Positions 25,690 through 34,486 of a DNA stretch of 64,000 bases are shown here, in pieces; position 1 is the stretch's first letter, and each line of letters starts with the position of its first letter. A model generated the notes under the pieces. The model was not told where the DNA came from. It did no database searches and was given only the letters and a program-made list of their open reading frames with translations. Origin of the DNA: Candidatus Saccharibacteria bacterium 49-20 (GTDB lineage Bacteria > Patescibacteriota > Saccharimonadia > Saccharimonadales > Saccharimonadaceae); contig MKSN01000001.1 in NCBI GenBank assembly GCA_001897295.1, positions 672,141 through 736,140 of the forward strand. Reading direction: 5' to 3'. A program made the translations under genes and the position numbers.

Positions 25690-27957
25690 TTACCCCAGCT
25701 CTTCGTCATCAGCGTTTCCGCCACCCGTACCAAACACCTCATCAAGGCTCGATACAAGCACGTCACGAGGCCGTGCGCCATCCGCAGGGCCGATAATCCC
25801 CTGCTCTTCCATCTCTTCAATAAGGCGCGCTGCGCGGGCGTAGCCAACACGGAGGCGACGCTGCAGCAGGCTTGCAGATGCCTTGCCGCTATCAACTACT
25901 ACGCGAACCGCGTCCATAAACATATCGTCGTGGCCATCACTGTTAGAATCAAAGTCCATCACTACACCACCCTTGCCATTAAGCTGGACTGGCTGGCTGA
26001 CAACTTCGTCGTTGTACTGTGGAGGTGATTGCAAGCGAAGGTGGTCGGTAATCTTCATAACTTCTTCGTCGGTTACCCAGGCACCCTGAATACGCTTCGG
26101 CTTTGGCATTGCAGCCGTAAGCATCAGCATGTCACCCTGGCCAAGGAGCTTCTCGGCACCAATTTGGTCAAGAATAGTTCGTGAGTCAACCTGCGAAGCC
26201 ACAGTAAAGGCAATACGGGCTGGGACGTTGGCCTTAATAAGACCAGTAATAACGTCGACAGATGGGCGTTGGGTCGCAAGTACCAAGTGAATACCGACAG
26301 CACGAGCCTTCTGCGCAAGGCGCACAATCAGCGCTTCTACGTCGCGGGCTGCAACCATCATCAGGTCGGCGAGCTCGTCGATCACAATCACAATGTACGG
26401 CATCGAACCGTCTTCATGCTGTTGCTCGTGGCCCTCTTCATCTTGAACAACAATTTTGGTCTTTCCGCTTTGGACCATACCGTTATACGTTTTAATGTCG
26501 CGCACCTTGTGTTCAGCCAAAAGCTTGTAACGGCGCTCCATCTCGTTTACCGCCCACTTCAGCGCGCTAATCGTCTTTTCAGGTTCGTTAATTACAGGCG
26601 TAATAAGGTGCGGAATATCCTCGTAAGGCGCCATTTCCACCTGCTTAGGGTCAACCAGAATCAGTTTCATTTCTGAAGGGCTGTTGCGGTATAGAAGGCT
26701 TGAGAGCAGCGTGTTAATCATGACCGACTTACCAGAGCCAGTCTGACCGGCGATAAGAAGGTGTGGCATCTTGTTGAGTTCACCCACTACGGCGTCACCA
26801 GCAATGTCTTTACCAATCGCAAAGCCAAGTGGCTCACCACTACCATTCCACTGCTTGCTCGTAAGAATCGAGTGAATACGTACATCGGCAGCTTTACGGT
26901 TCGGCACTTCAATACCAACCGCCTTTTGGCCAGGAATTGGCGCTTCCATGCGAAGGCTTTGCGCCGCGAGGTTAAGGGCGATGTTGGTTTCAAGCGCGGT
27001 AATTTTAGTCAGCTTTACGCCGCTTGGTGGACGAAGGGTGTACTGAGTCACCTTAGGGCCAATGTTGGCGCCTTCCATTTCAACCGAAATATTAAATTCA
27101 GCCAAAGTATCCTTAATCGTTTGTGCATTTGCCTGTACGTCACCGGCGTCAGCTGGAGACTGCTTCTTTTCAAGCAAATCGAGGCCTGGCGCTTTCCAGT
27201 TAGGGTCGCTGACGGCAACAAGTGCAGCTTGGTCTTCGGCGGCCTTATCTTTTTGAACACTATTCTTCAGTGAGCCGAGGTGTGGGCTCTTTTTCTTATC
27301 TTCCGCTGGGTCGAGGGTTGAGACACCCGCGTTCACTGTAAAGTCAGCCATTGCACCCTTCTTTGCAGGCGCATCAAGCGCTGCAGCATTACGCATCACC
27401 CTCACGTTCTCTTCTTGCTCGCTATTGTCGCGGCGCGAAAGACCCCAGAGCTTCTTAATGACCGTAATTGGTGAGGTGCGCGTAATAAAGAGTGCGGTCA
27501 AAAGAATCAGTACGATATAAATAAATACTGCCACACCCGCGTCAACAAGTTGGAGCATACCGCTGTTTACGGTGTCACCAATGAAGCCGCCGGTGGTTTT
27601 GCCTTCAGCTTTCAAAAGGCCGAACAGACCCGCCACCCATACAAGTTCGATAGCGGTTGCGAATTTCATAATGAACGGAATGCGGTTGTCTTCGGCGCGG
27701 AAGATTTCTACAGCAACGTAAATGAACACCACAGGCACGACGTACACGCCGTACCCAATTGTCGCCATAGTAGCCATATTGAGCCAATCAAGGACATCCC
27801 CACCGAGGCCAAACCAACCCAAAATAATAAGCAGCGAGAAGACAACAAGAAGGACAGCCCCTACCTGAGCCCAGAACCCATCCGGCAACACATGTTGCGG
27901 TGCGCTGCTTACCGGTGCTTTTTTGCGACTTGCGCTCTTTCGCTTCTTCTTTGCCAT
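25690..27957 (-). CDS. ftsK: DNA translocase FtsK/SpoIIIE
   Basis: 755 aa with N-terminal TM helices, a linker, motor domain with Walker A GQTGSGKSV and Walker B IVIDELADL, and a C-terminal gamma winged helix (SLLQRRLRVGYARAARLIEEME). Confidence 0.94.
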   Translation of the reverse strand: MAKKKRKSASRKKAPVSSAPQHVLPDGFWAQVGAVLLVVFSLLIILGWFGLGGDVLDWLNMATMATIGYGVYVVPVVFIYVAVEIFRAEDNRIPFIMKFATAIELVWVAGLFGLLKAEGKTTGGFIGDTVNSGMLQLVDAGVAVFIYIVLILLTALFITRTSPITVIKKLWGLSRRDNSEQEENVRVMRNAAALDAPAKKGAMADFTVNAGVSTLDPAEDKKKSPHLGSLKNSVQKDKAAEDQAALVAVSDPNWKAPGLDLLEKKQSPADAGDVQANAQTIKDTLAEFNISVEMEGANIGPKVTQYTLRPPSGVKLTKITALETNIALNLAAQSLRMEAPIPGQKAVGIEVPNRKAADVRIHSILTSKQWNGSGEPLGFAIGKDIAGDAVVGELNKMPHLLIAGQTGSGKSVMINTLLSSLLYRNSPSEMKLILVDPKQVEMAPYEDIPHLITPVINEPEKTISALKWAVNEMERRYKLLAEHKVRDIKTYNGMVQSGKTKIVVQDEEGHEQQHEDGSMPYIVIVIDELADLMMVAARDVEALIVRLAQKARAVGIHLVLATQRPSVDVITGLIKANVPARIAFTVASQVDSRTILDQIGAEKLLGQGDMLMLTAAMPKPKRIQGAWVTDEEVMKITDHLRLQSPPQYNDEVVSQPVQLNGKGGVVMDFDSNSDGHDDMFMDAVRVVVDSGKASASLLQRRLRVGYARAARLIEEMEEQGIIGPADGARPRDVLVSSLDEVFGTGGGNADDEELG

Positions 27958-28128
27958 AATCTTTTTATATTATACGGGGTGAACCGCTTTTGGTAATAGA
28001 TATATTATAGCAAAATTTACCACATTTTGCAAGAGGCTTATGGTTTGGCATGAAGGGTTGGCTTTGCCCACGAGAAATGGTTTACTGGAAAAGGACAATC
28101 CGTCCGGAAACGAAAGAAAGGAAGTGCC

Positions 28129-28599
28129 ATGCGCACTACCCCGCATACGATCCCGGACTGTGACGTTCAGTTCGTGATAGGGCCTCGTGTCAATATCCTA
28201 CGTATGAACAACAACGTGCTTCGCACCGTCTGTGACGGCGAGTACGAGGGCTGGTCTCCCCGACTGGTCCGACTGGCGTTCAAGCGTGAGATCTTCGACG
28301 CAAGAGGTATCGGGCTATGGAGCAAGATCTTCGAAGGTATCGAAGGAATTCCCATTCGCCTGAGCGACGAACTGCAGGCATCGTACAATGCCCTGCTGGA
28401 TTCACATGCGCGCGTCACACTGACGCGGGTCAACTTCGATCGGAGAAATCTGTTCAAGCGCCCGCCCCTCTGGTCACGCATCAAGCTCACGCTCGTCCAG
28501 CCCACTACTCGTCGCCTCCGCTTCGAGCAGCCGGCTGCGACTGGACCTATCTCCATCTACAACGCGTCCATCGGTCGAATCGACCCGATTGCCGCCTGA
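28129..28599 (+). CDS. hypothetical protein, elevated-GC single-gene cassette A
   Basis: 156-aa ORF with GAAAGGAAG SD 5 nt upstream of the ATG, third positions enriched in G/C, and a long GC hairpin after the stop. No motif recognised. Confidence 0.55.
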   Translation: MRTTPHTIPDCDVQFVIGPRVNILRMNNNVLRTVCDGEYEGWSPRLVRLAFKREIFDARGIGLWSKIFEGIEGIPIRLSDELQASYNALLDSHARVTLTRVNFDRRNLFKRPPLWSRIKLTLVQPTTRRLRFEQPAATGPISIYNASIGRIDPIAA

Positions 28600-28631
28600 G
28601 CCCCGCCTGTACATGCGTCGCAGCCCCCCCC

Positions 28632-28674
28632 AAACGAATAGGGACTCCGCATGTCGCGGGGCCCCTATTCGTTT
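28632..28674. terminator. long hairpin (12-bp outer stem aaacgaataggg/ccctattcgttt with inner ccgc/gcgg) between convergent cassette A and the RCC1-pilin gene
   Basis: Read directly from the sequence. It lies between stops at 28599 (+) and 28689 (-). Confidence 0.6.
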
Positions 28675-28688
28675 TAAGCCAAAGTAAT

Positions 28689-30260
28689 TTATGGATTGAG
28701 TACTTTTACAGGTACGAGCGAGTTTGTCATCGCACCGTTACCAAGTTGTCCGTAGACATTGCGGCCCCAACAGTAGGCGTTACCGTCAGTCGCCTGCGCA
28801 CAGTAGAAGTCCGCACCGGCGGTAATGCTCCAAAGGTACTTACCTGCAAGTACACCCGTATCAACAACCGCTACTGGCGAGCTTGAGTTAGTTGTTGAGT
28901 TATTACCAAGCTGTCCATTTGAGTTATACCCCCAACAGTAAGCCTTACCTTCATCAGATAGTGCACAGGTTGAGTAAAGACCAGCTGCGATTGAAGTCAT
29001 CTTCTTGCCGCCCAGCACACCTGTCGTACTGACTGCAACTGGACTCAGCGCGTTGGTAGTGGTGCCGTTCCCTACCGCACCATAAGGATTGCGACCCCAA
29101 CAGTAGGCTTTCGCATCAGAGGCAATCGCACACGTTTGGTCGTAAAGCGAGACCTTGCGAATCGTCTTACCTGAAAGCGCGCCACTTGTTGAAACTGGTG
29201 TTGCAGAATTAGTTGAAGTGGTCGAGCCATTTCCAAGCTGACCATACGCATTGTTTCCCCAACAATACAGTTGGTTACTCGTATCGATAGCACAGCCGTT
29301 ATAAGGCCCACCTACAATATCACGAAGACTCAAGCCAGAAAGTGAGCCGGCATTAACCGCAACGGGTGTTGAGCGGTTTGCAGTAGTGCCGTCACCAATA
29401 TTGCCACTTGAGTTAATACCCCAGCAGGACGCCGAGTAGTCTAAGGTAACCGTACAGCTATGCCAGGTTCCCGATGAAACAATAATATTCTTTTTGTTCA
29501 GTAGTACACCCGCGTCATTCACGCGCACTGGTACATTCGAATCAGCGAGTGTTGCGTCATTACCTAGTTGCCCATAGGTGTCTTGGCCCCAACAATACAC
29601 CTGATAGCTCGTATCAGTCGCACACGACCCATATCCTGCTCCCGAAAGGCGATAAATCGGACGGTTGCCGATCGCACCATTCGCAGTAATTGGCAGTGGC
29701 GTACCACTATTTGTTGCGCTCCCATTACCACCCTGCGAGTTGTCGCGTGCACCCCAACAGTACGCCTTGTTGTCGTACGAGACACCACAGGTGTGGTATG
29801 AACCAGCCACGACGCGCTTCCAGCCACTTGTAATAGCAGCCGCATAGGCATCATCTGATGGCACGGTGTTTGTACACACGCCTGCCTTCGACTCGACCGT
29901 ATAGGCGCTGTCGGCGTTATTAAGGTTGCCTTGCGTATTGAAGACGCGGACACACCAATCCTTACCGTCGTCCGACACAGACACATCGGCCTGATTGCCT
30001 TCACTTACTTTAATATCGAGTCCGTCTGGAGCTGGATTGCTCGAAGACCATGCGGTGTACGTTGAGCCGTGCTTTGTGCCGTACAACCCCAGTGCGTCGC
30101 GAATCGCGCTTCCGTCACTTTTCACTGATGTGTCATGCGCATTCTTCGTGACAAGCCCATAGGCCACTAATACTACTGCGGCCAAAATCGCAATCACCAC
30201 CACAACGATGATGAGCTCAACGACCGTAAACCCTTTTCGTGAACTCCCTACCCTCTTCAT
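28689..30260 (-). CDS. modular type IV pilin fused to a seven-bladed RCC1/BLIP-II-like beta-propeller
   Basis: RKG|FTVVELIIVVVVIAILAAVVLVAYG class III signal, then a pilin head of about 130 aa with a Cys pair. Seven repeats follow, each carrying (Y/S)CWG and most also YGQLGNG-type motifs (AYCWGARD, VYCWGQD, ASCWGINS, LYCWGNN, AYCWGRNP, AYCWGYNS, AYCWGRNV). Confidence 0.85.
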   Translation of the reverse strand: MKRVGSSRKGFTVVELIIVVVVIAILAAVVLVAYGLVTKNAHDTSVKSDGSAIRDALGLYGTKHGSTYTAWSSSNPAPDGLDIKVSEGNQADVSVSDDGKDWCVRVFNTQGNLNNADSAYTVESKAGVCTNTVPSDDAYAAAITSGWKRVVAGSYHTCGVSYDNKAYCWGARDNSQGGNGSATNSGTPLPITANGAIGNRPIYRLSGAGYGSCATDTSYQVYCWGQDTYGQLGNDATLADSNVPVRVNDAGVLLNKKNIIVSSGTWHSCTVTLDYSASCWGINSSGNIGDGTTANRSTPVAVNAGSLSGLSLRDIVGGPYNGCAIDTSNQLYCWGNNAYGQLGNGSTTSTNSATPVSTSGALSGKTIRKVSLYDQTCAIASDAKAYCWGRNPYGAVGNGTTTNALSPVAVSTTGVLGGKKMTSIAAGLYSTCALSDEGKAYCWGYNSNGQLGNNSTTNSSSPVAVVDTGVLAGKYLWSITAGADFYCAQATDGNAYCWGRNVYGQLGNGAMTNSLVPVKVLNP

Positions 30261-30323
30261 ATACCCCTAGTATACGAAAACACCAGGTCTTTTCCAACCT
30301 GGTGCATATTCGTGTATTAAAAA

Positions 30324-32507
30324 CTAGTAGCCGCGTGCGTCGGTGCGCTGCTTTGGCTCGGTTGCTTCGCTGTCTGGGACAACTGGCGCCGGGAAATTCT
30401 TGGGCGCCGGGCGCTTGAATTGGCGGTTTCCACCTTGGCCACGGTTCTGGCCTTTCGGCTGGCCTTCGCCGTTTTGACCACGGTTATCGCCACGACCTTC
30501 ACGGTTTTGGTCACTATTTTGTGGCTTTCCACCACCACCAATTTCGTTGATCACAGGGATCACGATTGGGGTGCGGCGCGTTTGGTCGTAGAGCACGTGC
30601 GTCAGTTCGTCCTTAATTTCCTTCTTCACAACGTCCAGATCAACCTTGCGACCATTAAAGGTGCGGGCAACTTTTTGCTTCAAGTACTGGCGAATGATAC
30701 CCATGAGCTCTTCACTGTCGCGCAGGTAAATAAATCCGCGACTAATGATATCAGGGCTGGTCATAAGGCGACCACTTCCCTTTTGTACGGTAAGTACAAC
30801 CACGAAGATGCCTTCGTTGCTCATGTGAATACGGTCTTTAAGGACCACTTCTGAAACGATCTCACCAGAGTCGTCGTACATGATACCGCCCACTGGTACG
30901 CGACCGGCTTTCTTGGCGAGACCTTGGCTAATTTCGATTACGTCACCAGAGTCACATACGAAAATGTTTTCGCGTGGAATCGCGGCTTCTTTCTGTGCAA
31001 GTTCAGCATTGTGGACAAGCATGTGGAATTCACCGTGGATTGGCATGTAGAACTTAGGGTTCAGTGCGTTAATAAGCTTCACGTGGTCGTCGTAGTAGCC
31101 GTGACCTGAAAGGTGAAGTGGACCAATACCGGTAAGGTGTGTCTTACCGTTTTGAATCACACCACTGCCTTCGCGCATGAGGCCATCAACAGTACGAGTC
31201 ACGTACTTTTCATTACCAGGAATTGGGTTTGAGCTAAAGACGATTTGGTCTGAGTTCTTAATCTTAATGAACTTGTGTGAACCATTCGCCATACGGTTAA
31301 GCACGGCGCTAAATTCACCCTGTGAACCAGTACAAATGATGGTCACCTTACTGTCTGGAAGCTTTACGATATCTTCCATCTTCACGATCACGTCCTTAGG
31401 AACGGTAATTGTACCAGTGCGAAGGGCAACTTCAACGTTTTGGATCATACTGTACCCCGCAAAGGCAACCTTACGGCCGTGCGCCTTCGCTTCGTTCAGA
31501 ATGATTTGCATACGGTGAATCTGGCTACTGAAGGCACTAATAATCAGACGACTATTAGGATACTTCTCCATTACCTGACCCATACTGGCTTGAATTTCAA
31601 ACTCACCGTGGGTGTGGGTACCATCTGATTCACAGTTGGTAGATTCGTTCATAAGAAGGGTAATACCCTCTTTGGTTGCGATTTCAGTCAGGCGTTCAAG
31701 GTCGAACTTTACACCGTCAACTGGGTTTTCTTCGAAGCGCCAGTCACCAGTGTCAACCAAGACACCTTCTGGTGTGCGCACAACGACTGCCGTTGCGTCT
31801 GGAATTGAGTGGTTCACGCGTACGAGTTCGATGCTGAAGTTATCACCAAGGAATACTTGTTCGTGCGCTTCTGGGTCCATGACATGGTAGTCAGGTGCGT
31901 ACTCAGTGGTCGCCTCTTCCATGTTCTTTTGAACCATGGCGAGGGTAAACTTCGAACCGTAGACCGGTGCAGGAAGTTGGTGAAGCAAGTGACGAACCGC
32001 ACCGATGTGGTCAAGGTGTCCGTGCGTAAACACGATACCGCGGATCTTGTGCTTGTTTTCAAGCAAGTAGCTGATGTCCGGCACGATGTAGTTAATACCC
32101 GGGTAGTCTGAGCCTGGGAAAAGAAATCCCATGTCGATCACAATGATGTCGTTATCGTATTCGATCGCCATCATGTTCTTACCAATACCCATTTCACCAA
32201 GACCACCGATTGGAATCACGCGAAGGCGTGGACCAGGGGTACGTGGCTGCTTCTTTTGGTCGGCAATGCTAAATTGACGTCCGTTGTAGCCGTTAAACAT
32301 CGACTTGTTTACAGGTACGTTAATGAGGTGCTGTGAGGCACGCGCATTGACGTCGTCGCTGGTGCGACGTTGTGCGCGAAACACTTCTCCCCTACGGGTC
32401 TGAGTGTTTGCGAGCACGGTGTTATTTTGTTTAGGTCGCTGATTGTTACCGCGCGGCTGTTTTGCCGCGTCGTCAGCTTGTGGGGTTGCGAGTCTTCGTC
32501 CTCCCAT
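30324..32507 (-). CDS. rnj: ribonuclease J with N- and C-terminal low-complexity extensions
   Basis: Metallo-beta-lactamase/beta-CASP core (FTHGHLDHIGA, DTGDWRF, HLSGHG). Basic N-terminal extension of about 95 aa and an RGG/Q/N-rich C-terminal tail of about 70 aa. Confidence 0.92.
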   Translation of the reverse strand: MGGRRLATPQADDAAKQPRGNNQRPKQNNTVLANTQTRRGEVFRAQRRTSDDVNARASQHLINVPVNKSMFNGYNGRQFSIADQKKQPRTPGPRLRVIPIGGLGEMGIGKNMMAIEYDNDIIVIDMGFLFPGSDYPGINYIVPDISYLLENKHKIRGIVFTHGHLDHIGAVRHLLHQLPAPVYGSKFTLAMVQKNMEEATTEYAPDYHVMDPEAHEQVFLGDNFSIELVRVNHSIPDATAVVVRTPEGVLVDTGDWRFEENPVDGVKFDLERLTEIATKEGITLLMNESTNCESDGTHTHGEFEIQASMGQVMEKYPNSRLIISAFSSQIHRMQIILNEAKAHGRKVAFAGYSMIQNVEVALRTGTITVPKDVIVKMEDIVKLPDSKVTIICTGSQGEFSAVLNRMANGSHKFIKIKNSDQIVFSSNPIPGNEKYVTRTVDGLMREGSGVIQNGKTHLTGIGPLHLSGHGYYDDHVKLINALNPKFYMPIHGEFHMLVHNAELAQKEAAIPRENIFVCDSGDVIEISQGLAKKAGRVPVGGIMYDDSGEIVSEVVLKDRIHMSNEGIFVVVLTVQKGSGRLMTSPDIISRGFIYLRDSEELMGIIRQYLKQKVARTFNGRKVDLDVVKKEIKDELTHVLYDQTRRTPIVIPVINEIGGGGKPQNSDQNREGRGDNRGQNGEGQPKGQNRGQGGNRQFKRPAPKNFPAPVVPDSEATEPKQRTDARGY

Positions 32508-32677
32508 AATGTTGTTGTTTCTCCTTTTTGTTCAAAGAGTTCTCCCAGGCGACTTTCTTTTAATCCGACTGGTGAGCTTTCTTTTGGTTAACAATTAATG
32601 ATTTCTGATATAAGGGTGGGGTTTTACGGGCTGTAGCCTTAACTACGTGACAGAATTCCCCTTTGAAAGTAGTCTTA

Positions 32678-32686
32678 TTATAGCAA
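32678..32686 (-). promoter_or_regulatory. extended -10 (TGCTATAAT) giving RNase J a leader of about 165 nt
   Basis: The minus strand reads cagttTGCTATAATaagac. The ATG at 32507 is preceded by AAGGAG. Confidence 0.5.
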
Positions 32687-32714
32687 ACTGACCCCTAAAA
32701 GTCAATCACTCACC

Positions 32715-33302
32715 TTAGGTAAGCCTATCGATCTCCTCTTTCAGAAGCTTGAAATCATCTCTAAATACCTGGCGACCATTCTTGATAAACCTTAGCGCCG
32801 ATGGGTGCAAAAGCGGCATCAAAGGCAACGCCTGCTGTCCTAGCTGCACCCGTTGAAGCTGACCGTGGATCGTTTTAATTTTCCCCTCTGGCACGAAGTG
32901 GCCCAGGCTGATGCGTCCAAATGTCACGAGCAGTCGAGGCTTCACAATCTGAAGCTCGCTCTCGAGATGTGGCGCAAACTCCGCAATTTCCTCGGGTGAT
33001 GGGTCACGGTTCTCTGGTGGTCGATACTTTACGATGTTTGTAATATAGAAATCATCACGATTCATACCGAGTTCGCCAAATACCGTGTTTACAAACTTAC
33101 CGGCCGCGCCCACAAACGGCTTTCCCTGTAAGTCCTCTTCTTCCCCGGGGGCCTCGCCAATAAACACGACATCTGCATCGTAGTTGCCCGTACCCATCAC
33201 AAGGTGCGTAGCGTTCGACTCATTTTTGAGCGCAAGACCAACACCCCCGTCCAGCATATGTTGAGCGAGGGTGTTAAGTTGGTCCTTAGTGGTGGGGTTC
33301 AT
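32715..33302 (-). CDS. uracil-DNA glycosylase, family 4
   Basis: [21 protein letters not shown] and LLHPSA motifs. 195 aa. Confidence 0.88.
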   Translation of the reverse strand: MNPTTKDQLNTLAQHMLDGGVGLALKNESNATHLVMGTGNYDADVVFIGEAPGEEEDLQGKPFVGAAGKFVNTVFGELGMNRDDFYITNIVKYRPPENRDPSPEEIAEFAPHLESELQIVKPRLLVTFGRISLGHFVPEGKIKTIHGQLQRVQLGQQALPLMPLLHPSALRFIKNGRQVFRDDFKLLKEEIDRLT

Positions 33303-33314
33303 ACCCCGACTATA

Positions 33315-34415
33315 CTATGATTTTTGCTTTTCGGTAAGGAAGTCGCCGAGAGCCTTCGCGCTATCCTTGACGCTCATTTCGTCGTCACGCTTCTCAAGTG
33401 AGTCGCTGAGGGTGCTTGATGCTTCGCTAATCTTCTTTTGTACCGCGCTCATTTGGTCACGAAGGGCCTTGTACTGTTCGTACTGACTACCGAAAGGATT
33501 CGTAAGTGCAGCACTCTTTTCGTAAATAGTTGCGTATTCGCCGTATGAAGTTCCGATTGTGCTAATGAAAGTCTTCATTTCTGCATTTGGAATGTCCGTT
33601 ACACCCTGGAGCTCACTTGAACAAGCCTTAAGGGCTGCGACGCGGCCTGCAGTGTCAGTAGCGTCGCTAATCTTACCGCAAGTTGCCATCGCTGGGCGAA
33701 GGTTCTTCACAGAGTTAATAAGCTCTGTTGCATATACGAGGTATGCTTTTACCTTGTCATTAAATGGACCATAGAGCTTTGCGCCCTCACCTACACGAAC
33801 GGCCTTCATCTTTGAAAGCGCTTCGTTTTCGGTCTTGATTTCCGCGATTGAATCTTCGGCTTCTTTCACTGCTTCGTTGAATTCTGCATCGTCATCGCCA
33901 CTAATTGAGTAACTGACGGACGAGACGTCGCCGGTAAGCCCTGCAGAAGCAACGCTTACTTTATTGTACTGACGGGTTGCTTCTTGGTAGTCTTGCTTCG
34001 ATACAGAAGTAAGCATGAAGTACGCAACCACACCAATAATGGCAAGAAGTACTGCACCACCCACGATCGCAGCGATAAGAACGATCTTGTTCTTAGAGCC
34101 TGGAGCCTGTGGAGCTGGAGTTGGTGCGAACCCAGGTGCCTGTGGGGCGGCTGGAGCTTCTGGAGTTCCTGCGGCTGCAAAAAGGTTTGGCGCAGCTGGC
34201 GCAGGTGGTGTGACTGGGGCAACTGGGGCTTCCGGAGCAACCGGTGTAGTTGGTGCAGCTGGTTCAACCGGCGCTGGAGCCTCTGGGGCAACCGGCGCTT
34301 CTGGCGCGGCAGGTGCAGCCGGTGCTGGCGCAGGGGTTGTGTCAAGTGGCTGTGGTGCTGGTGGTGTATCACCTACAGGTGGCACATTGTTTGGATTGGT
34401 CGCATTTGGATCCAT
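33315..34415 (-). CDS. membrane-anchored protein: Pro/Ala-rich N-terminal region, one TM, helical ectodomain (paralog of 34487-35257)
   Basis: About 110 aa of (A/P/V/E/T)-rich repeats, TM IVLIAAIVGGAVLLAIIGVVAYFML, then a domain collinear with the next gene. Both have a conserved Cys pair and a KALxDxL tail. Confidence 0.7.
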   Translation of the reverse strand: MDPNATNPNNVPPVGDTPPAPQPLDTTPAPAPAAPAAPEAPVAPEAPAPVEPAAPTTPVAPEAPVAPVTPPAPAAPNLFAAAGTPEAPAAPQAPGFAPTPAPQAPGSKNKIVLIAAIVGGAVLLAIIGVVAYFMLTSVSKQDYQEATRQYNKVSVASAGLTGDVSSVSYSISGDDDAEFNEAVKEAEDSIAEIKTENEALSKMKAVRVGEGAKLYGPFNDKVKAYLVYATELINSVKNLRPAMATCGKISDATDTAGRVAALKACSSELQGVTDIPNAEMKTFISTIGTSYGEYATIYEKSAALTNPFGSQYEQYKALRDQMSAVQKKISEASSTLSDSLEKRDDEMSVKDSAKALGDFLTEKQKS

Positions 34416-34486
34416 CTATATACTCCTAAAAATAAACTTAAGCTGTTTTTTAGTATACAGGAGTATAAGCGGGTTGCCAAAAGTGG

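Noticed and set aside
27958-28012. ftsK as a further leaderless example (TATAAT 11 nt from the ATG).
   Set aside because: A second, better extended -10 (TGCTATAAT, 28004-28012) lies about 47 nt upstream. The start-site geometry is therefore ambiguous, and ftsK was left out of the leaderless list.
28061-28174. A 37-aa ORF (MKGWLCPREMVYW...) upstream of and overlapping the start of cassette A.
   Set aside because: It has no SD, overlaps the better-supported ORF out of frame, and cannot be supported from sequence alone.
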